A stretch of 64,000 nt of DNA from Arenicellales bacterium (GCA_965206345.1 OZ242211.1:1791808-1855807), one strand, 5' to 3'; positions 1 to 10,650 are shown, numbered from the stretch's first letter. Numbers and translations: made by a program. The notes: generated by a model not told the origin, from the letters alone.

Positions 1-218
1 GTGGTCGCTGGGTTGCTGAAAACGCCACGAAACCCGTGGCAGCTTTCATTGCCGGTGCGACAGCCCCGCCCGGAAAAAGAATGGGTCACGCAGGTGCCAT
101 TATTGCGGGTGGCAAAGGGACTGCAGGGGAAAAAATCTCCGTGCTCAGGGAGTGCGGGGTGCACGTCACTGAAAACCCGGCAGGTATCGGAGAGCTCGTC
201 AAAAGCCTGATCAGTTAA
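1..218 (+). CDS. sucD: succinyl-CoA synthetase alpha subunit, C-terminal fragment (5' end outside window)
   Basis: Frame 3 is open from the window edge. The translation ...[39 protein letters not shown]... matches the conserved SucD C-terminus, including the [11 protein letters not shown] loop. Confidence 0.9.
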   Translation, partial: GRWVAENATKPVAAFIAGATAPPGKRMGHAGAIIAGGKGTAGEKISVLRECGVHVTENPAGIGELVKSLIS

Positions 219-261
219 GCTTTAATTGCAGTGCAAGTCCGGCACGTGTGACTGCTGGCGG

Positions 262-1803
262 TTAATGCCAGATATCAGGCATTTCGCCTTTACGTTTTTC
301 CATGAAAGCCTGCAATTCCTCATCGATTGCTGGATCCATTGGGGGCATTTCATATTCCGCTAGCATGCGTTTCCATTTCACATTTGCCCGTTGGGCAATG
401 TCCGTTGAACCTTCTTCCACCCACTGCTCATAGGGCGGGGTTGTGAAGAGCTCAGACTCATAAAACGCATTTTCATAGTGTTCCAGGGTATGAGCGCTGC
501 CAAAAAAGTGACCGCCCGGTCCAACCTCTTCGAACGATTCGGTTGTAAACTGGTCGGGTTCAAGTGAGATGCCTTTCACCATTGTATGGAGCGCTCCCAA
601 GTAGTCTGCATCGATGACAAGTTTTTCGTAACTGACGGTCAGGGCACTCTCCATCCATCCAGCGGCATGCAGCACAAAGTGTGCGCCGCAAAGTATTGCT
701 GCATTGAGTGAATTGACACTTTCGTTAGTTGAGTGAGCATCAACGCAGGGTGAACTGGTAAAACCTCCGCTACAGCGAAGTGGCACACCGAATCGTCTGG
801 CAATCTGACCAACAACATAAGAAGAAGCGACCGATTCTGCCGTGCCAAAGGTTGGCGAACCTGCGCGCAAATTGACGGTTGTAATGAAATTGCCAAAAAC
901 TGCAGGCGAACCGGGACGCACCAGCTGACCGAGCGCTACACCGACCATGACTTCAGCAAGTGACTGAACGGTAGCAGCTGCAATCGTGACAGGTCCGGTG
1001 GCACCACTCAGTACAAATGGAACAACCACGGGGCACTGATTCGCTTCTGCATAAGCCCGCAAGGCGCCAGACATGGCACCATCATAAACCAATGGAGAAT
1101 TCATGTTGATATTGCCGCTGATCACACAGTGGCTGTCGACAAATTCTTCGCCAAACAGAATCCGAGCCATTGCAATGGAATCCAGAGCTCTCTCTCGGGT
1201 GGTAACCGATCCCATGAAGGGCATATCGGAATAACGCATGTGAGAGTAGACCATGTCGAGATGACGTTTGTTGACTGGCAGTTCAACCGGTTCACAAACG
1301 GTTCCGCCGGAGTGATGCAGCCATGGTGACATGTAGGCGAGTTTGACAATATTCTGGAAATCTTCGATCGTACCGTAGCGACGGCCGCGGTCAAGGTCCG
1401 ATACAAATGGAGAGCCATAAGCCGGTACGAAAACGACATGTTTACCACCCAGTCTGGCAGAGCGCTGTGGGTTTCGGCCATGCATTACAAATTCGCTGGG
1501 CACTGTTTTGATCAAGCTGCGTAAATAACCCCGATCAAATCGTACGCGTTCCCCCTTGACATCAGCACCACCCGCCTGTTTCCAAATCTGCAGCGCTTCA
1601 TCATCGCCCCTAAACTCGACTCCAACTTCTTGAAGCAGTTCTTCTGTCTTGTCTTCAATCAGCTCAAGACCTTCCTCACTCATCATATCGTAAGGCGGGA
1701 TTTCTCTTACCAGGCCAGCATTGATGACTGGCGCGCTGGTATGCAGACTTCGCCGCTTGAGTCGCCCGCGGCTAGCTACGGTTGTCTGAGGTGCAGTTGC
1801 CAT
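262..1803 (-). CDS. MttB-superfamily methyltransferase, non-pyrrolysine member (substrate unknown; glycine-betaine/methylamine type)
   Basis: Uninterrupted 513-aa ORF whose length and overall sequence pattern I recognise as MttB family. There is no in-frame TAG. Confidence 0.75.
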   Translation of the reverse strand: MATAPQTTVASRGRLKRRSLHTSAPVINAGLVREIPPYDMMSEEGLELIEDKTEELLQEVGVEFRGDDEALQIWKQAGGADVKGERVRFDRGYLRSLIKTVPSEFVMHGRNPQRSARLGGKHVVFVPAYGSPFVSDLDRGRRYGTIEDFQNIVKLAYMSPWLHHSGGTVCEPVELPVNKRHLDMVYSHMRYSDMPFMGSVTTRERALDSIAMARILFGEEFVDSHCVISGNINMNSPLVYDGAMSGALRAYAEANQCPVVVPFVLSGATGPVTIAAATVQSLAEVMVGVALGQLVRPGSPAVFGNFITTVNLRAGSPTFGTAESVASSYVVGQIARRFGVPLRCSGGFTSSPCVDAHSTNESVNSLNAAILCGAHFVLHAAGWMESALTVSYEKLVIDADYLGALHTMVKGISLEPDQFTTESFEEVGPGGHFFGSAHTLEHYENAFYESELFTTPPYEQWVEEGSTDIAQRANVKWKRMLAEYEMPPMDPAIDEELQAFMEKRKGEMPDIWH

Positions 1804-2061
1804 CTAATGCTCGGAAATTTCTTTACCAAGTTAATCAATCACGCTACGAATTTACTAAAATGATGAAATAGCATTGTGTATTTTAGTGGTTCTACTTCGA
1901 ATATCCGAGAAGAAATCCAATGCTTTGGAAGCAGTAAAGGAATATTATCAATCAAGGGATTGCATACAATATACCACTCTCTGGACTGAGCAGAATCGGT
2001 TAACCTGACAGGGGCTAGCTTAAGGTTAGAGCAGTCGGTCAGGTCAGTAAAAAAGAGCATT

Positions 2062-3768
2062 ATGATCGCTGATTTAAACAACTTAACGACTCGTCGACGC
2101 GGCTATGCGAGACCCACTTTTCTGCCTAAGGGCCGTCAGGTCGACCCGCAACACAAGGTTCAAGTTCAACAGCTGTTGGGAACCGCTGAACTTCGACGGG
2201 ACTTGCTGATCGAATATTTACACCTGATTCAGGACCATTTTGGTTGCCTGCATTCTGATCATTTGGTCGCTCTCGCATCGTTGATGCGCCTTCCGATGGC
2301 AGAAGTCTACGAGACCGCGACTTTCTATGCGCATTTTGACGTCATTACTGAAGCCGACAAACTACCACCACCGATAACTATTCGAGTCTGCGACAGCCTG
2401 ACCTGCGAGATGTTCGGCGCGCAGGAACTGATGGCTCAGTTATCGAAAAAATCGAACTCAGAGGTGCGTGTCGTGCGAGCACCCTGCATGGGGCGGTGCG
2501 ACAAGGCTCCGGTCGCGGAAGTCGGTCACAATCATATTGATCACGCAGACGTCAACGGCATCTGCAGGGCAATTGAATCAAAAGATCTTCATCCCGTCAT
2601 CCCACAATATGAAAGTTTTGAAGATTATCGCGCACAAGGTGGATATCAACTGCTTGAGCAGTGTCACCGCGGAGACAGAAGCGCTGATGAATTGGTGTCC
2701 ATTCTCCAGGATTCTCCGCTTCGAGGTCTAGGTGGCGCAGGGTTTCCGACTGGATTTAAGTGGAAAATCGTACGCGGTTATTCAGGTCCCAGGCTGATGG
2801 CAGTTAATGCGGATGAAGGTGAACCGGGCACATTCAAGGATCGATACTATCTTGAACACGAACCGCACCGTTTTCTGGAAGGAATGGCAATAGCAGCCTG
2901 GGTTGTCGAAGCTGAAACGGTTTACATTTACCTGCGTGATGAGTATCCAGCAGTGCGTGAAATATTGCTCACTGAAATTGAAAATGTGAGGCAAGCGGGA
3001 CTTTTTGGTAATTCCAGAATTGAATTGCGACGTGGGGCCGGCGCCTACATTTGTGGTGAAGAGTCGTCGATGATTGAGTCAATCGAGGGTAAGCGCGGAT
3101 TGCCTCGGCATCGTCCACCTTACGTTGCTGAGTGCGGAATCTTTGGACGACCGACACTGGTGCAGAATGTCGAAACGCTTTACTGGGTACGCGACATAGT
3201 CGAAAGAGGTGTTGACTGGTTTGCAAGTCACGGCCGGAACGGTGGGAAGGGTCTTAGAAGCTACTCTGTTTCTGGACGAGTTGCGAAACCGGGAGTAAAA
3301 CTCGCACCCGCTGGAGTCACGGTACGTGAACTGATTGATGAATTTAGCGGCGGCATGCTGCCTGGACACCAATTCAAAGCCTATTTACCAGGTGGCGCTT
3401 CGGGTGGAATTCTTCCGGCATCGATGGACAATTTACCACTCGATTTTGGCACTCTGGATCAATATGGGTGCTTTGTCGGCTCGCATGCTGTTGTTATCTT
3501 GAGCGATCAGGATAATATGAAGGATGTCGCTCTAAATCTTATGCGGTTTTTTGAAGACGAAAGCTGCGGTCAGTGTACACCATGCCGAGTCGGTACTGAA
3601 AAGGCGGTCAAACTGATGGAACGCGATATTTGGCAGGAGGGTGTTCTGAATGACATCAGCCAGGCGATGACTGATGCCTCGATCTGTGGATTGGGTCAAG
3701 CCGCAGCGAATCCGCTGCTATCGATCATCAAATATTTTGAGGATGATTTGACATGCAAAACGGTGTGA
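2062..3768 (+). CDS. fdsB: NAD-dependent formate dehydrogenase diaphorase subunit, fused NuoE-like (FdsG) + NuoF-like (FdsB)
   Basis: The N-terminal 2Fe-2S module has CDSLTC...CMGRC. The NuoF-like part has GLGGAGFPTG, GEPGTFKDR and ESCGQCTPCR. It overlaps the downstream catalytic subunit by 16 nt. Confidence 0.85.
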   Translation: MIADLNNLTTRRRGYARPTFLPKGRQVDPQHKVQVQQLLGTAELRRDLLIEYLHLIQDHFGCLHSDHLVALASLMRLPMAEVYETATFYAHFDVITEADKLPPPITIRVCDSLTCEMFGAQELMAQLSKKSNSEVRVVRAPCMGRCDKAPVAEVGHNHIDHADVNGICRAIESKDLHPVIPQYESFEDYRAQGGYQLLEQCHRGDRSADELVSILQDSPLRGLGGAGFPTGFKWKIVRGYSGPRLMAVNADEGEPGTFKDRYYLEHEPHRFLEGMAIAAWVVEAETVYIYLRDEYPAVREILLTEIENVRQAGLFGNSRIELRRGAGAYICGEESSMIESIEGKRGLPRHRPPYVAECGIFGRPTLVQNVETLYWVRDIVERGVDWFASHGRNGGKGLRSYSVSGRVAKPGVKLAPAGVTVRELIDEFSGGMLPGHQFKAYLPGGASGGILPASMDNLPLDFGTLDQYGCFVGSHAVVILSDQDNMKDVALNLMRFFEDESCGQCTPCRVGTEKAVKLMERDIWQEGVLNDISQAMTDASICGLGQAAANPLLSIIKYFEDDLTCKTV

Positions 3769-6515
3769 GTATTAGTTTCAAACTTGACGGAGTCGAAGTC
3801 GCGGCATCTGCCGACGAAACCATTTGGCAGGTTGCCAATCGGCATCAGAATCAACTGCCACATCTTTGTTATTCGCCAGAGCCTGGATATCGGGCAGATG
3901 GCAATTGTCGGGCATGCATGGTAGAGATTGAAGGTGAGCGGGTTCTCGCTGCCTCGTGTATTCGTAAACCTACCGAGGGAATGAAGGTCAAAACCAATAG
4001 CCAACGGGCAAAGTTATCCCGCCAATTGGTATTCGAAATGCTGGCCGCTGACCAACCCAACCAGGAAATTGCTCATGACCCTGATTCACGTTTCTGGCAA
4101 TGGACTCGCGAGGTGCAACCTGAGATGGGACGAATGCCGCAACGAAGTTCCCCTTCCCCTGATCGAAGCCATTCAGCAATGGGCGTGTATCTTGACGCGT
4201 GTATTCACTGTAATCTTTGTGTACGAGCCTGTCGAGAAGTCCAGGTCAACGATGTCATTGGCATGGCCTACCGGGGACATCATTCTAAAATTGTGTTTGA
4301 TTTTGATGATCCGATGGGCAACAGTACCTGTGTTGCTTGTGGTGAGTGTGTGCAAGCCTGCCCCACCGGCGCTCTAATTGAGTCAGCAGTGATTGACAGT
4401 GCCGGTGTCAACAGACACATTCCGGTTAACGAAGTCGAAAGTGTCTGTCCCTACTGCGGCGTGGGTTGCCAGATCAAATATCAAATCAATGAAGACAAGA
4501 TTGTTGCGGTGCAGGGTAAAGATGGTCCTGCAAACCATAACCGACTTTGTGTCAAAGGCCGATTCGGGTTCGACTATGTTCGTCATCCACACCGTTTGAC
4601 CAAACCGCTTATTCGGCGAGATGGGGTCAATAAGCATGCGGATGATAGGGTTGATCCTGCCGATCCCTCAAGCCACTTTCGTGAGGCAGAATGGGACGAA
4701 GCGTTGGATTTGGCAGCAGAGGGATTTAGAAAAATTCTAGAAAAATCCGGCTCAAAAGGTCTTGCGGGATTCGGGTCCGCCAAAGGCTCAAATGAGGAAG
4801 CCTATCTTGTTCAAAAGCTCGTCCGAACCGGATTTGGCACCAATAATGTTGATCACTGTACCCGGTTATGTCACGCGTCTTCGGTCGCGGCGCTTCTGGA
4901 AGGTATTGGTTCTGGTGCGGTCACCGCACCATTCACTGCATGTGAGGATTCTGACGTCGTTATCGTCATCGGTGCCAATCCAACCGAAAACCATCCTGTG
5001 GCCGCGACATTCTTCAAACAAGCCAGGAAACGAGGCAGCGAACTAATTGTGATGGACCCGCGCGGGACTGTCTTGTCTCGACATGCCACTCACATGCTGC
5101 AATTCAATCCCGGTACCGATGTTGCACTTCTCAATGCCATGCTCAATGTCATCATTGAAGAGGAACTCTATGACACAGAATATGTTGGCCGATTTACCGA
5201 AGGCTTCGAAAATCTGAAGCAACACATCAAACCATTCACTCCAGAAGAGATGTCCTTGATTTGCGGTATTGATGCTGAAACATTGCGTTCTGTTGCGAGA
5301 AAGTTCGCCAACGCGGAACGTGGCATCATATTTTGGGGAATGGGTATCTCACAGCATACACACGGAACCGACAATGCGCGCTGTCTGATAGCACTGGCAA
5401 CAATTACCGGTCATGTCGGTCGTCCCGGAACAGGTCTTCACCCGTTGCGCGGTCAGAATAACGTGCAGGGTGCTTCTGACGCCGGCCTGATCCCAATGGT
5501 CTATCCGGACTATCAGGCTGTCGATGTGGAAAATATTCGCGCCAAATTTGAAGATGCCTGGGGCACCAGCCTCGACCCGCAAAAGGGGTTAACGGTGGTG
5601 GAAATTATGGATGCGGTTTATGCAGGAGAAATACGCGGCATTTATGTAATGGGCGAAAATCCAGCGATGTCGGATCCTGATGTCCAGCATGCGCGCGAAG
5701 CCTTGGCACGACTCGATCATCTGGTCGTGCAGGATCTTTTTGTAACCGAGACTGCGTTCCATGCTGATGTTGTGTTGCCTGCTTCGGCTTGGCCTGAAAA
5801 AGACGGTACGGTCACCAACACCAATCGTCAGGTTCAAATGGGTCGAAAGGCACTGTCACTTCCTGGGGATGCGAGACAGGACTGGTGGATCATTCAAGAA
5901 ATAGCTCGTCGATTGGGGCTCGATTGGAGTTATTCAGGTCCGGACGAAGTTTATGCGGAGATGGCCGAGCTGATGCCGTCACTTGACAATATCTCCTGGC
6001 AACGGCTGGCAGATGAGAGCTCAGTTACCTATCCCTGTGATGCGTCGGATGTCGCCGGCAACGAAATCGTGTTTGGTGATGGATTTCCGACTGGTACCGG
6101 GCGCGCAAGACTTGTACCAACAACTTATACGCTCCCTGACGAGCAGCCAGATGATCGGTATCCAATGATTTTGACTACTGGCCGACAACTGGAGCATTGG
6201 CATACGGGGTCGATGACCCGTCGTAGTGCAATCCTGGACGAGATCGAACCGGAAGCCGTGGCCAGTCTTTCACCGAGTCAGTTAGAGATGCTTGAAATTC
6301 AGCCGGGTGAGATGATCAGCATTGAGACTCGACGCGGCAAAATTGAAATTATGACTCGAAGTGATAGTGCGGTACCTGAAGGAGTTGTCTTCATCCCGTT
6401 CTGCTATACCGAAGCTGCGGCCAATCTTTTGACCAATCCCGCTTTGGACCCGATCGGTAAGATCCCGGAGTTTAAGTTTTGCGCGGCGCGCGTTGACAAA
6501 TTATCAGTCGTGTAA
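3753..6515 (+). CDS. fdsA: formate dehydrogenase catalytic (molybdopterin) subunit
   Basis: 920 aa. N-terminal Fe-S modules are CRACMVE, CIHCNLCVRAC, CVACGECVQACP and CPYCGVGC. A molybdopterin oxidoreductase body follows, with an active-site Cys (HCTRLCHASSV) rather than Sec. Confidence 0.9.
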   Translation: MQNGVSISFKLDGVEVAASADETIWQVANRHQNQLPHLCYSPEPGYRADGNCRACMVEIEGERVLAASCIRKPTEGMKVKTNSQRAKLSRQLVFEMLAADQPNQEIAHDPDSRFWQWTREVQPEMGRMPQRSSPSPDRSHSAMGVYLDACIHCNLCVRACREVQVNDVIGMAYRGHHSKIVFDFDDPMGNSTCVACGECVQACPTGALIESAVIDSAGVNRHIPVNEVESVCPYCGVGCQIKYQINEDKIVAVQGKDGPANHNRLCVKGRFGFDYVRHPHRLTKPLIRRDGVNKHADDRVDPADPSSHFREAEWDEALDLAAEGFRKILEKSGSKGLAGFGSAKGSNEEAYLVQKLVRTGFGTNNVDHCTRLCHASSVAALLEGIGSGAVTAPFTACEDSDVVIVIGANPTENHPVAATFFKQARKRGSELIVMDPRGTVLSRHATHMLQFNPGTDVALLNAMLNVIIEEELYDTEYVGRFTEGFENLKQHIKPFTPEEMSLICGIDAETLRSVARKFANAERGIIFWGMGISQHTHGTDNARCLIALATITGHVGRPGTGLHPLRGQNNVQGASDAGLIPMVYPDYQAVDVENIRAKFEDAWGTSLDPQKGLTVVEIMDAVYAGEIRGIYVMGENPAMSDPDVQHAREALARLDHLVVQDLFVTETAFHADVVLPASAWPEKDGTVTNTNRQVQMGRKALSLPGDARQDWWIIQEIARRLGLDWSYSGPDEVYAEMAELMPSLDNISWQRLADESSVTYPCDASDVAGNEIVFGDGFPTGTGRARLVPTTYTLPDEQPDDRYPMILTTGRQLEHWHTGSMTRRSAILDEIEPEAVASLSPSQLEMLEIQPGEMISIETRRGKIEIMTRSDSAVPEGVVFIPFCYTEAAANLLTNPALDPIGKIPEFKFCAARVDKLSVV

Positions 6516-6613
6516 GACACCGACTTTTCAGAGCGTCAGTAACTGTCGAGAGGGTAGTATTCGGCTCCGTGTGATCGAGTCACCTGCACACTGTCTGCAA
6601 TATCGGGTCTGAA

Positions 6614-7525
6614 TTACTCGCCCAACTTGTCGCCAGCTTTGATTTTGTATTCCCCAGCGAATTCCTGCGCGGAGACCTTACCCGCATTACCGCGTAAGCG
6701 TTGCACTACAATTTCACCACCTTTGGCAGCGATGTGGATGCCCTGGTCAGTAATGTCTGTCACAGTGCCGGGGGCACTGTTGGACTTGCTGGATTTGTAG
6801 CAGTCGTAGACTCTAACGACGCCACCTCGATAAATCGTCCAGGCACCAGGTTGTGGATTGGTTCCTCGAATCAGGTTGTACACCTGATCTACCGGTTTAT
6901 TCCAATCAATGATCGCATCATTCTTTCCACACCAGCCCTCATAACTGCCAGCGTTTGGATTTTGTGGAATTCTTGGCGCGGTGCCATTTTTCACCATGTC
7001 CAACGCTTCAATCATGGCATCAACGCCAAGCGGAAACAATTTGTTGAAATAAAGGCTTCCTAGGGTGTCGTCAGGTTTGATATTAACCTTCTTTTGCAAC
7101 AGAATTGGTCCTGTGTCCAAGCCATCATCCGGCCAGAATATTGTTAATCCCGATTTTCGCTTACCCTGAATAATCGGCCAGTTAATGGAACTTGGCCCCT
7201 TGTGGTCCGGCAGCAGGGAAGGGTGGTATTGAATCGATCCATACTTTGGAATGTTCAGAACGTAGGATGGAACGATCAGTGTGACGTATGCCATGATGCA
7301 AAGATCGGCATTGTGCGAACTCATCGAATCCGCAGCTTCCTGAGTTTTGTAAGACGCCGGCTGCAGCACAGGTATGCCTACCTGTTCAGCCGCCTGTTTT
7401 AGTGGGTCGGGCCTGCTTCCGCTATCCGGTGCGCAATAGACAGCGACCACATTTTCACCCCGTTCCAACAGACGTTTGAGGACAGCCTCTCCGAACGCCT
7501 GCTGACCGTGAACTATTAATCTCAT
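6614..7525 (-). CDS. stand-alone formyltransferase-fold protein resembling the N-terminal 10-formyl-THF hydrolase domain of 10-formyl-THF dehydrogenase (ALDH1L1)
   Basis: 303 aa. Motifs are SIQYHPSLLPDHKGPSSINWPII, FWPDDGLDTGPILLQ, GTAPRIPQ and YEGW. The YHPSLLP.H.G pattern is the FDH-N type rather than the Fmt type (NVHGSLLP). It is the last gene of the oxc-frc operon, 11 nt after frc. Confidence 0.8.
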   Translation of the reverse strand: MRLIVHGQQAFGEAVLKRLLERGENVVAVYCAPDSGSRPDPLKQAAEQVGIPVLQPASYKTQEAADSMSSHNADLCIMAYVTLIVPSYVLNIPKYGSIQYHPSLLPDHKGPSSINWPIIQGKRKSGLTIFWPDDGLDTGPILLQKKVNIKPDDTLGSLYFNKLFPLGVDAMIEALDMVKNGTAPRIPQNPNAGSYEGWCGKNDAIIDWNKPVDQVYNLIRGTNPQPGAWTIYRGGVVRVYDCYKSSKSNSAPGTVTDITDQGIHIAAKGGEIVVQRLRGNAGKVSAQEFAGEYKIKAGDKLGE

Positions 7526-7536
7526 CTTGAATCTCC

Positions 7537-8778
7537 TTAAACTGCACCCGCCTCTCGGAGCGTTTCAATCTCACTTTCGTTGTAGCCGAGCACATCGGTC
7601 AAAATATCGGTGGTGTGTTCACCAAGCAACGGTGAGCGTTTTACCTCAGTTGGAGAGTTTGATAGCTTGATCGGGTTGCCGACCGTACGGTATTTCCCGC
7701 GTTCTGGGTGATCAACCTCGACTACTGTGCCAGTTTTTATCAGGGCTTCTTCGTTAATCAATTCTTCAATTGACAGTATTGGACCGCAGGGGACATTCAG
7801 CGGGTTAAGAGTTTCCATGACTTCGAATTTGGTTTTTGTTTTGGTCCACTCTTCGATCATCGCAAAACACTGATCCAATTTTGGCAGTCGAACCTGAGGG
7901 GTCGACCATTCAGGATCATCAATCAAATCCTCACGTCCAATGACACGCATCAGGTGAGCCCAGCCTGGAGGTTGAATGATGACGTACACGTAGTCATTCG
8001 GTCCGCCGGGTTTGGTTTTGACTGCCCAGCCGGGTTGTCCGCCGCCCGATGCATTTCCGCTTCTCGGTACGGAACTTCCAAACTCACCATTCGGGTATTG
8101 AGGGTATTCAGTCAACGGTCCGTGCTGCAGGCGCTGCTGATCGCGGAACTTAACGCGGCACAGATTCATCACACCGTCCTGCATGGCGCATTCCACTCGC
8201 TGGCCGAGCCCGGTTGATTGTCGATGCACCAATGCAGCCAGAATACCGATTGCCAGATGAAGTCCGGTACCTGTATCACCGATCTGTGCCCCAGTCACTG
8301 TTGGCGGACCGTCATCAAAACCAGTGGTGCTGGCGGAACCACCTGTGCATTGAGCGACATTTTCGTAAACCTTGCAATCCTGATACGGACCTTTTCCAAA
8401 GCCTTTGACGGACGCGTAAATGATTCCGGGGTTGATTTCATGAATTTTTTCCCAGGGAAACCCCATTCGATCCAAAGCTCCTGGAGCGAAATTTTCTACG
8501 AGTACATCACAACAGCGAAGAAGACGTTCAAAAACTTCTTTGCCCTTTTCGTTTTTGGTGTCAAGAGTAATTGAGCGCTTATTGTGGTTCAGCATCGTAA
8601 AGTAAAGACTGTCGACATCGGGAATGTCTCGCAGTTGACCGCGAGTCGCATCACCGACACCGGCCCGTTCGACTTTAATTACATCTGCTCCAAACCATGC
8701 GAGCAGTTGGGTGCATGTCGGACCCGACTGAACATGTGTCATGTCCAGGATTCGAACGCCATCCAAGGCTTTACTCAT
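7537..8778 (-). CDS. frc: formyl-CoA:oxalate CoA-transferase (family III CoA transferase)
   Basis: 413 aa. It is near-colinear with Oxalobacter Frc as I recall it ([74 protein letters not shown]). Confidence 0.9.
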   Translation of the reverse strand: MSKALDGVRILDMTHVQSGPTCTQLLAWFGADVIKVERAGVGDATRGQLRDIPDVDSLYFTMLNHNKRSITLDTKNEKGKEVFERLLRCCDVLVENFAPGALDRMGFPWEKIHEINPGIIYASVKGFGKGPYQDCKVYENVAQCTGGSASTTGFDDGPPTVTGAQIGDTGTGLHLAIGILAALVHRQSTGLGQRVECAMQDGVMNLCRVKFRDQQRLQHGPLTEYPQYPNGEFGSSVPRSGNASGGGQPGWAVKTKPGGPNDYVYVIIQPPGWAHLMRVIGREDLIDDPEWSTPQVRLPKLDQCFAMIEEWTKTKTKFEVMETLNPLNVPCGPILSIEELINEEALIKTGTVVEVDHPERGKYRTVGNPIKLSNSPTEVKRSPLLGEHTTDILTDVLGYNESEIETLREAGAV

Positions 8779-8815
8779 TAAAGTTTCTCCCCAAATTTAA
8801 TTTGAATACAGAAAA

Positions 8816-10549
8816 TTACTTATACATCGTTTGAGCCTTGGTCCCGGGAGCATATTCAGAGGGATCAACCCAGATGTTGATCACAGCAGACAGTCCTGAT
8901 TTGTGGACTTGCTCTCTTGCGCGAAGTAGGGCAGGTTCAATCTGACTGGGATCGTGTACTTCTTCACCATAGCCACCCAGCATTTCGGCAAAACGGGAAA
9001 ATGGTACATCACCCAACAGGTTGCCGACATCTCCGCGTTCGGCCCCGTATTTGGCAATTTGACCATATCTTATCTGGTTCATCGCACTGTTGTTCCCGAT
9101 CACTGCAATATAGGGTGCACCAAATCGATTGGCTGTTTCCATATCGAAAGCCGTCATGCCAAATGAGCCATCTCCGTAATAACAGAGCACTTCTTTGTGC
9201 GGATGGGCAAGTTTGGATGCCATGGAAAAAGATGTTCCGACTCCAAGTGTTCCAAGCGGTCCGGGGTCCATCCAGTGTCCCGGTGTACGCGGCTGCACGG
9301 CTTGAGCGGATATGGTTACGACATCTCCACCATCGCCAATGTAAATTGTGTCTTCAGTGAGGAAATTGTTAATCTCCCAAGCCACCCGATATGGATGAAT
9401 GGGGTTGCGGTCCGACATAAACAGCGGCATGAGTTTTTGTGTGCGCTCATGTTCTTCCGCTCGCAGATTGTTCAGCCAGTTTTTTCGTTCTGTGCTATTG
9501 GCGGCTGTTTTACCTCCTGCTGCTTCGACTACGGCACTAAGGATAGTGCCAGGATTACCAACAAGTCCGAGCGATATGTCGCGATTCTTGCCAACTGTTC
9601 GGTAGTCCATATCAATTTGAACAACAGTTGCCTTGGAACGAAGCCTTCTTCCGTATCCCATACGAAAATCAAATGGCGTTCCCACAATCAGAATCAGATC
9701 TGCATTGTTGAATGCAGATCGTCGTGTTCGATGAAAATGGTTGACATCATTCGGAGGCAGAGTACCGCGCGCGGAGCCGTTAAAGTATGCCGGCAAATTG
9801 AAGGCACGAATGAATTCAATGGCGGCATCGGTTGAACCGGAAGTCCAGACTTGGGTGCCAAACAGGACACAGGGAGTTTTGGCTTTGGTCAGGAGACTGG
9901 CCAACTTGTCAATATCTACCGGATCGCCTAGTGCACCAGTAGAAGCACGGTAAGCGTTTGGACTTGGAATTCGAGCATCTCTCAGATCAATCTCTGCATC
10001 AAGAATGTCGCGGGGTATTTCAAGATACGATGGCCCAGGTGCGCCATTGTGACTTTCCCTGCAAGCCATGGAAACCATGTCTGCTATGCGCTCGGTACTA
10101 CGCACGCCTGCAGAGAATTTAGTGATGGGTGCCATCAAATCAACATGTGGTAGGTCCTGCAAAGATCCCATTTTGTGCTGGCTGAGTGCGCCTTGGCCAC
10201 CAATGTGCAAAACGGGACTTTCAGCTCGAAATGCATTGGCAATGCCAGTGACGGCATTGGTACAGCCAGGACCAGCTGTGGTAACTACACAACCAGTTTG
10301 GAGTGTCTGTCGAGCGTACCCATCTGCAGCATGTGCTGCGACCTGTTCGTGTCGGACATCAATGATGCGTATGCCTTCGTCAATGCAGCCATCGTAGATG
10401 TCAATGATATGTCCGCCACAAAGTGTAAAAATCGTGTCAACACCCTCATTTTTCAGGGCTTTGGCGACCAGATGACCGCCTGTAATTATTTCCGAATCCG
10501 CAACGACTACCGGTTGCTCTAAGGTCTCGTTTGCTACTGCTTGAGCCAT
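8816..10549 (-). CDS. oxc: oxalyl-CoA decarboxylase (ThDP-dependent)
   Basis: The ThDP motif is YYGDGSFGM...GNNSAMN. Length is 577 aa from the ATG at 10549, which follows GGGGGAAG. The ORF-track start at 10615 adds 22 unlikely residues. Confidence 0.9.
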   Translation of the reverse strand: MAQAVANETLEQPVVVADSEIITGGHLVAKALKNEGVDTIFTLCGGHIIDIYDGCIDEGIRIIDVRHEQVAAHAADGYARQTLQTGCVVTTAGPGCTNAVTGIANAFRAESPVLHIGGQGALSQHKMGSLQDLPHVDLMAPITKFSAGVRSTERIADMVSMACRESHNGAPGPSYLEIPRDILDAEIDLRDARIPSPNAYRASTGALGDPVDIDKLASLLTKAKTPCVLFGTQVWTSGSTDAAIEFIRAFNLPAYFNGSARGTLPPNDVNHFHRTRRSAFNNADLILIVGTPFDFRMGYGRRLRSKATVVQIDMDYRTVGKNRDISLGLVGNPGTILSAVVEAAGGKTAANSTERKNWLNNLRAEEHERTQKLMPLFMSDRNPIHPYRVAWEINNFLTEDTIYIGDGGDVVTISAQAVQPRTPGHWMDPGPLGTLGVGTSFSMASKLAHPHKEVLCYYGDGSFGMTAFDMETANRFGAPYIAVIGNNSAMNQIRYGQIAKYGAERGDVGNLLGDVPFSRFAEMLGGYGEEVHDPSQIEPALLRAREQVHKSGLSAVINIWVDPSEYAPGTKAQTMYK

Positions 10550-10650
10550 TATTCTTCCCCCGGATTTTGTGAATATTTTGGCATTTTTCTGAATTGTATA
10601 CAATATACCATACACGTGTTTATCAAGTCAACAGCTTTGGACACACCGTA

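Noticed and set aside
262-1803. Possible pyrrolysine (in-frame TAG) in the MttB homologue
   Set aside because: The ORF is continuous for 513 codons with no internal TAG, so it is a non-Pyl family member.
3753-6515. Possible selenocysteine/SECIS in the formate dehydrogenase catalytic subunit
   Set aside because: The active-site position is a Cys codon (HCTRLCHAS), and there is no in-frame TGA.
9197-9835. 212-aa plus-strand ORF (and several shorter ones) inside oxc
   Set aside because: It lies entirely antisense to a well-supported ThDP enzyme gene and has no motifs. It is a typical shadow ORF.
10594-10603. Perfect 10-bp palindrome TTGTATACAA between oxc and resolvase 1, as a res site or operator
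   Set aside because: It is a single occurrence. The region upstream of resolvase 2 is only loosely similar (AATTTGCTAGTAATATTG). No subsite architecture could be demonstrated by eye.
8816-10615. N-terminal extensions in the ORF track (oxc, ntrC, glnA, ankyrin, spondin-like, CDGSH, YiiX-like, YgfB, DUF465, plsC, SCO1-like, CCP-like, NUDIX)
   Set aside because: Internal ATGs preceded by an RBS, or starting a signal peptide or a conserved N-terminus, fit better. The upstream extensions overlap neighbouring genes or regulatory DNA.
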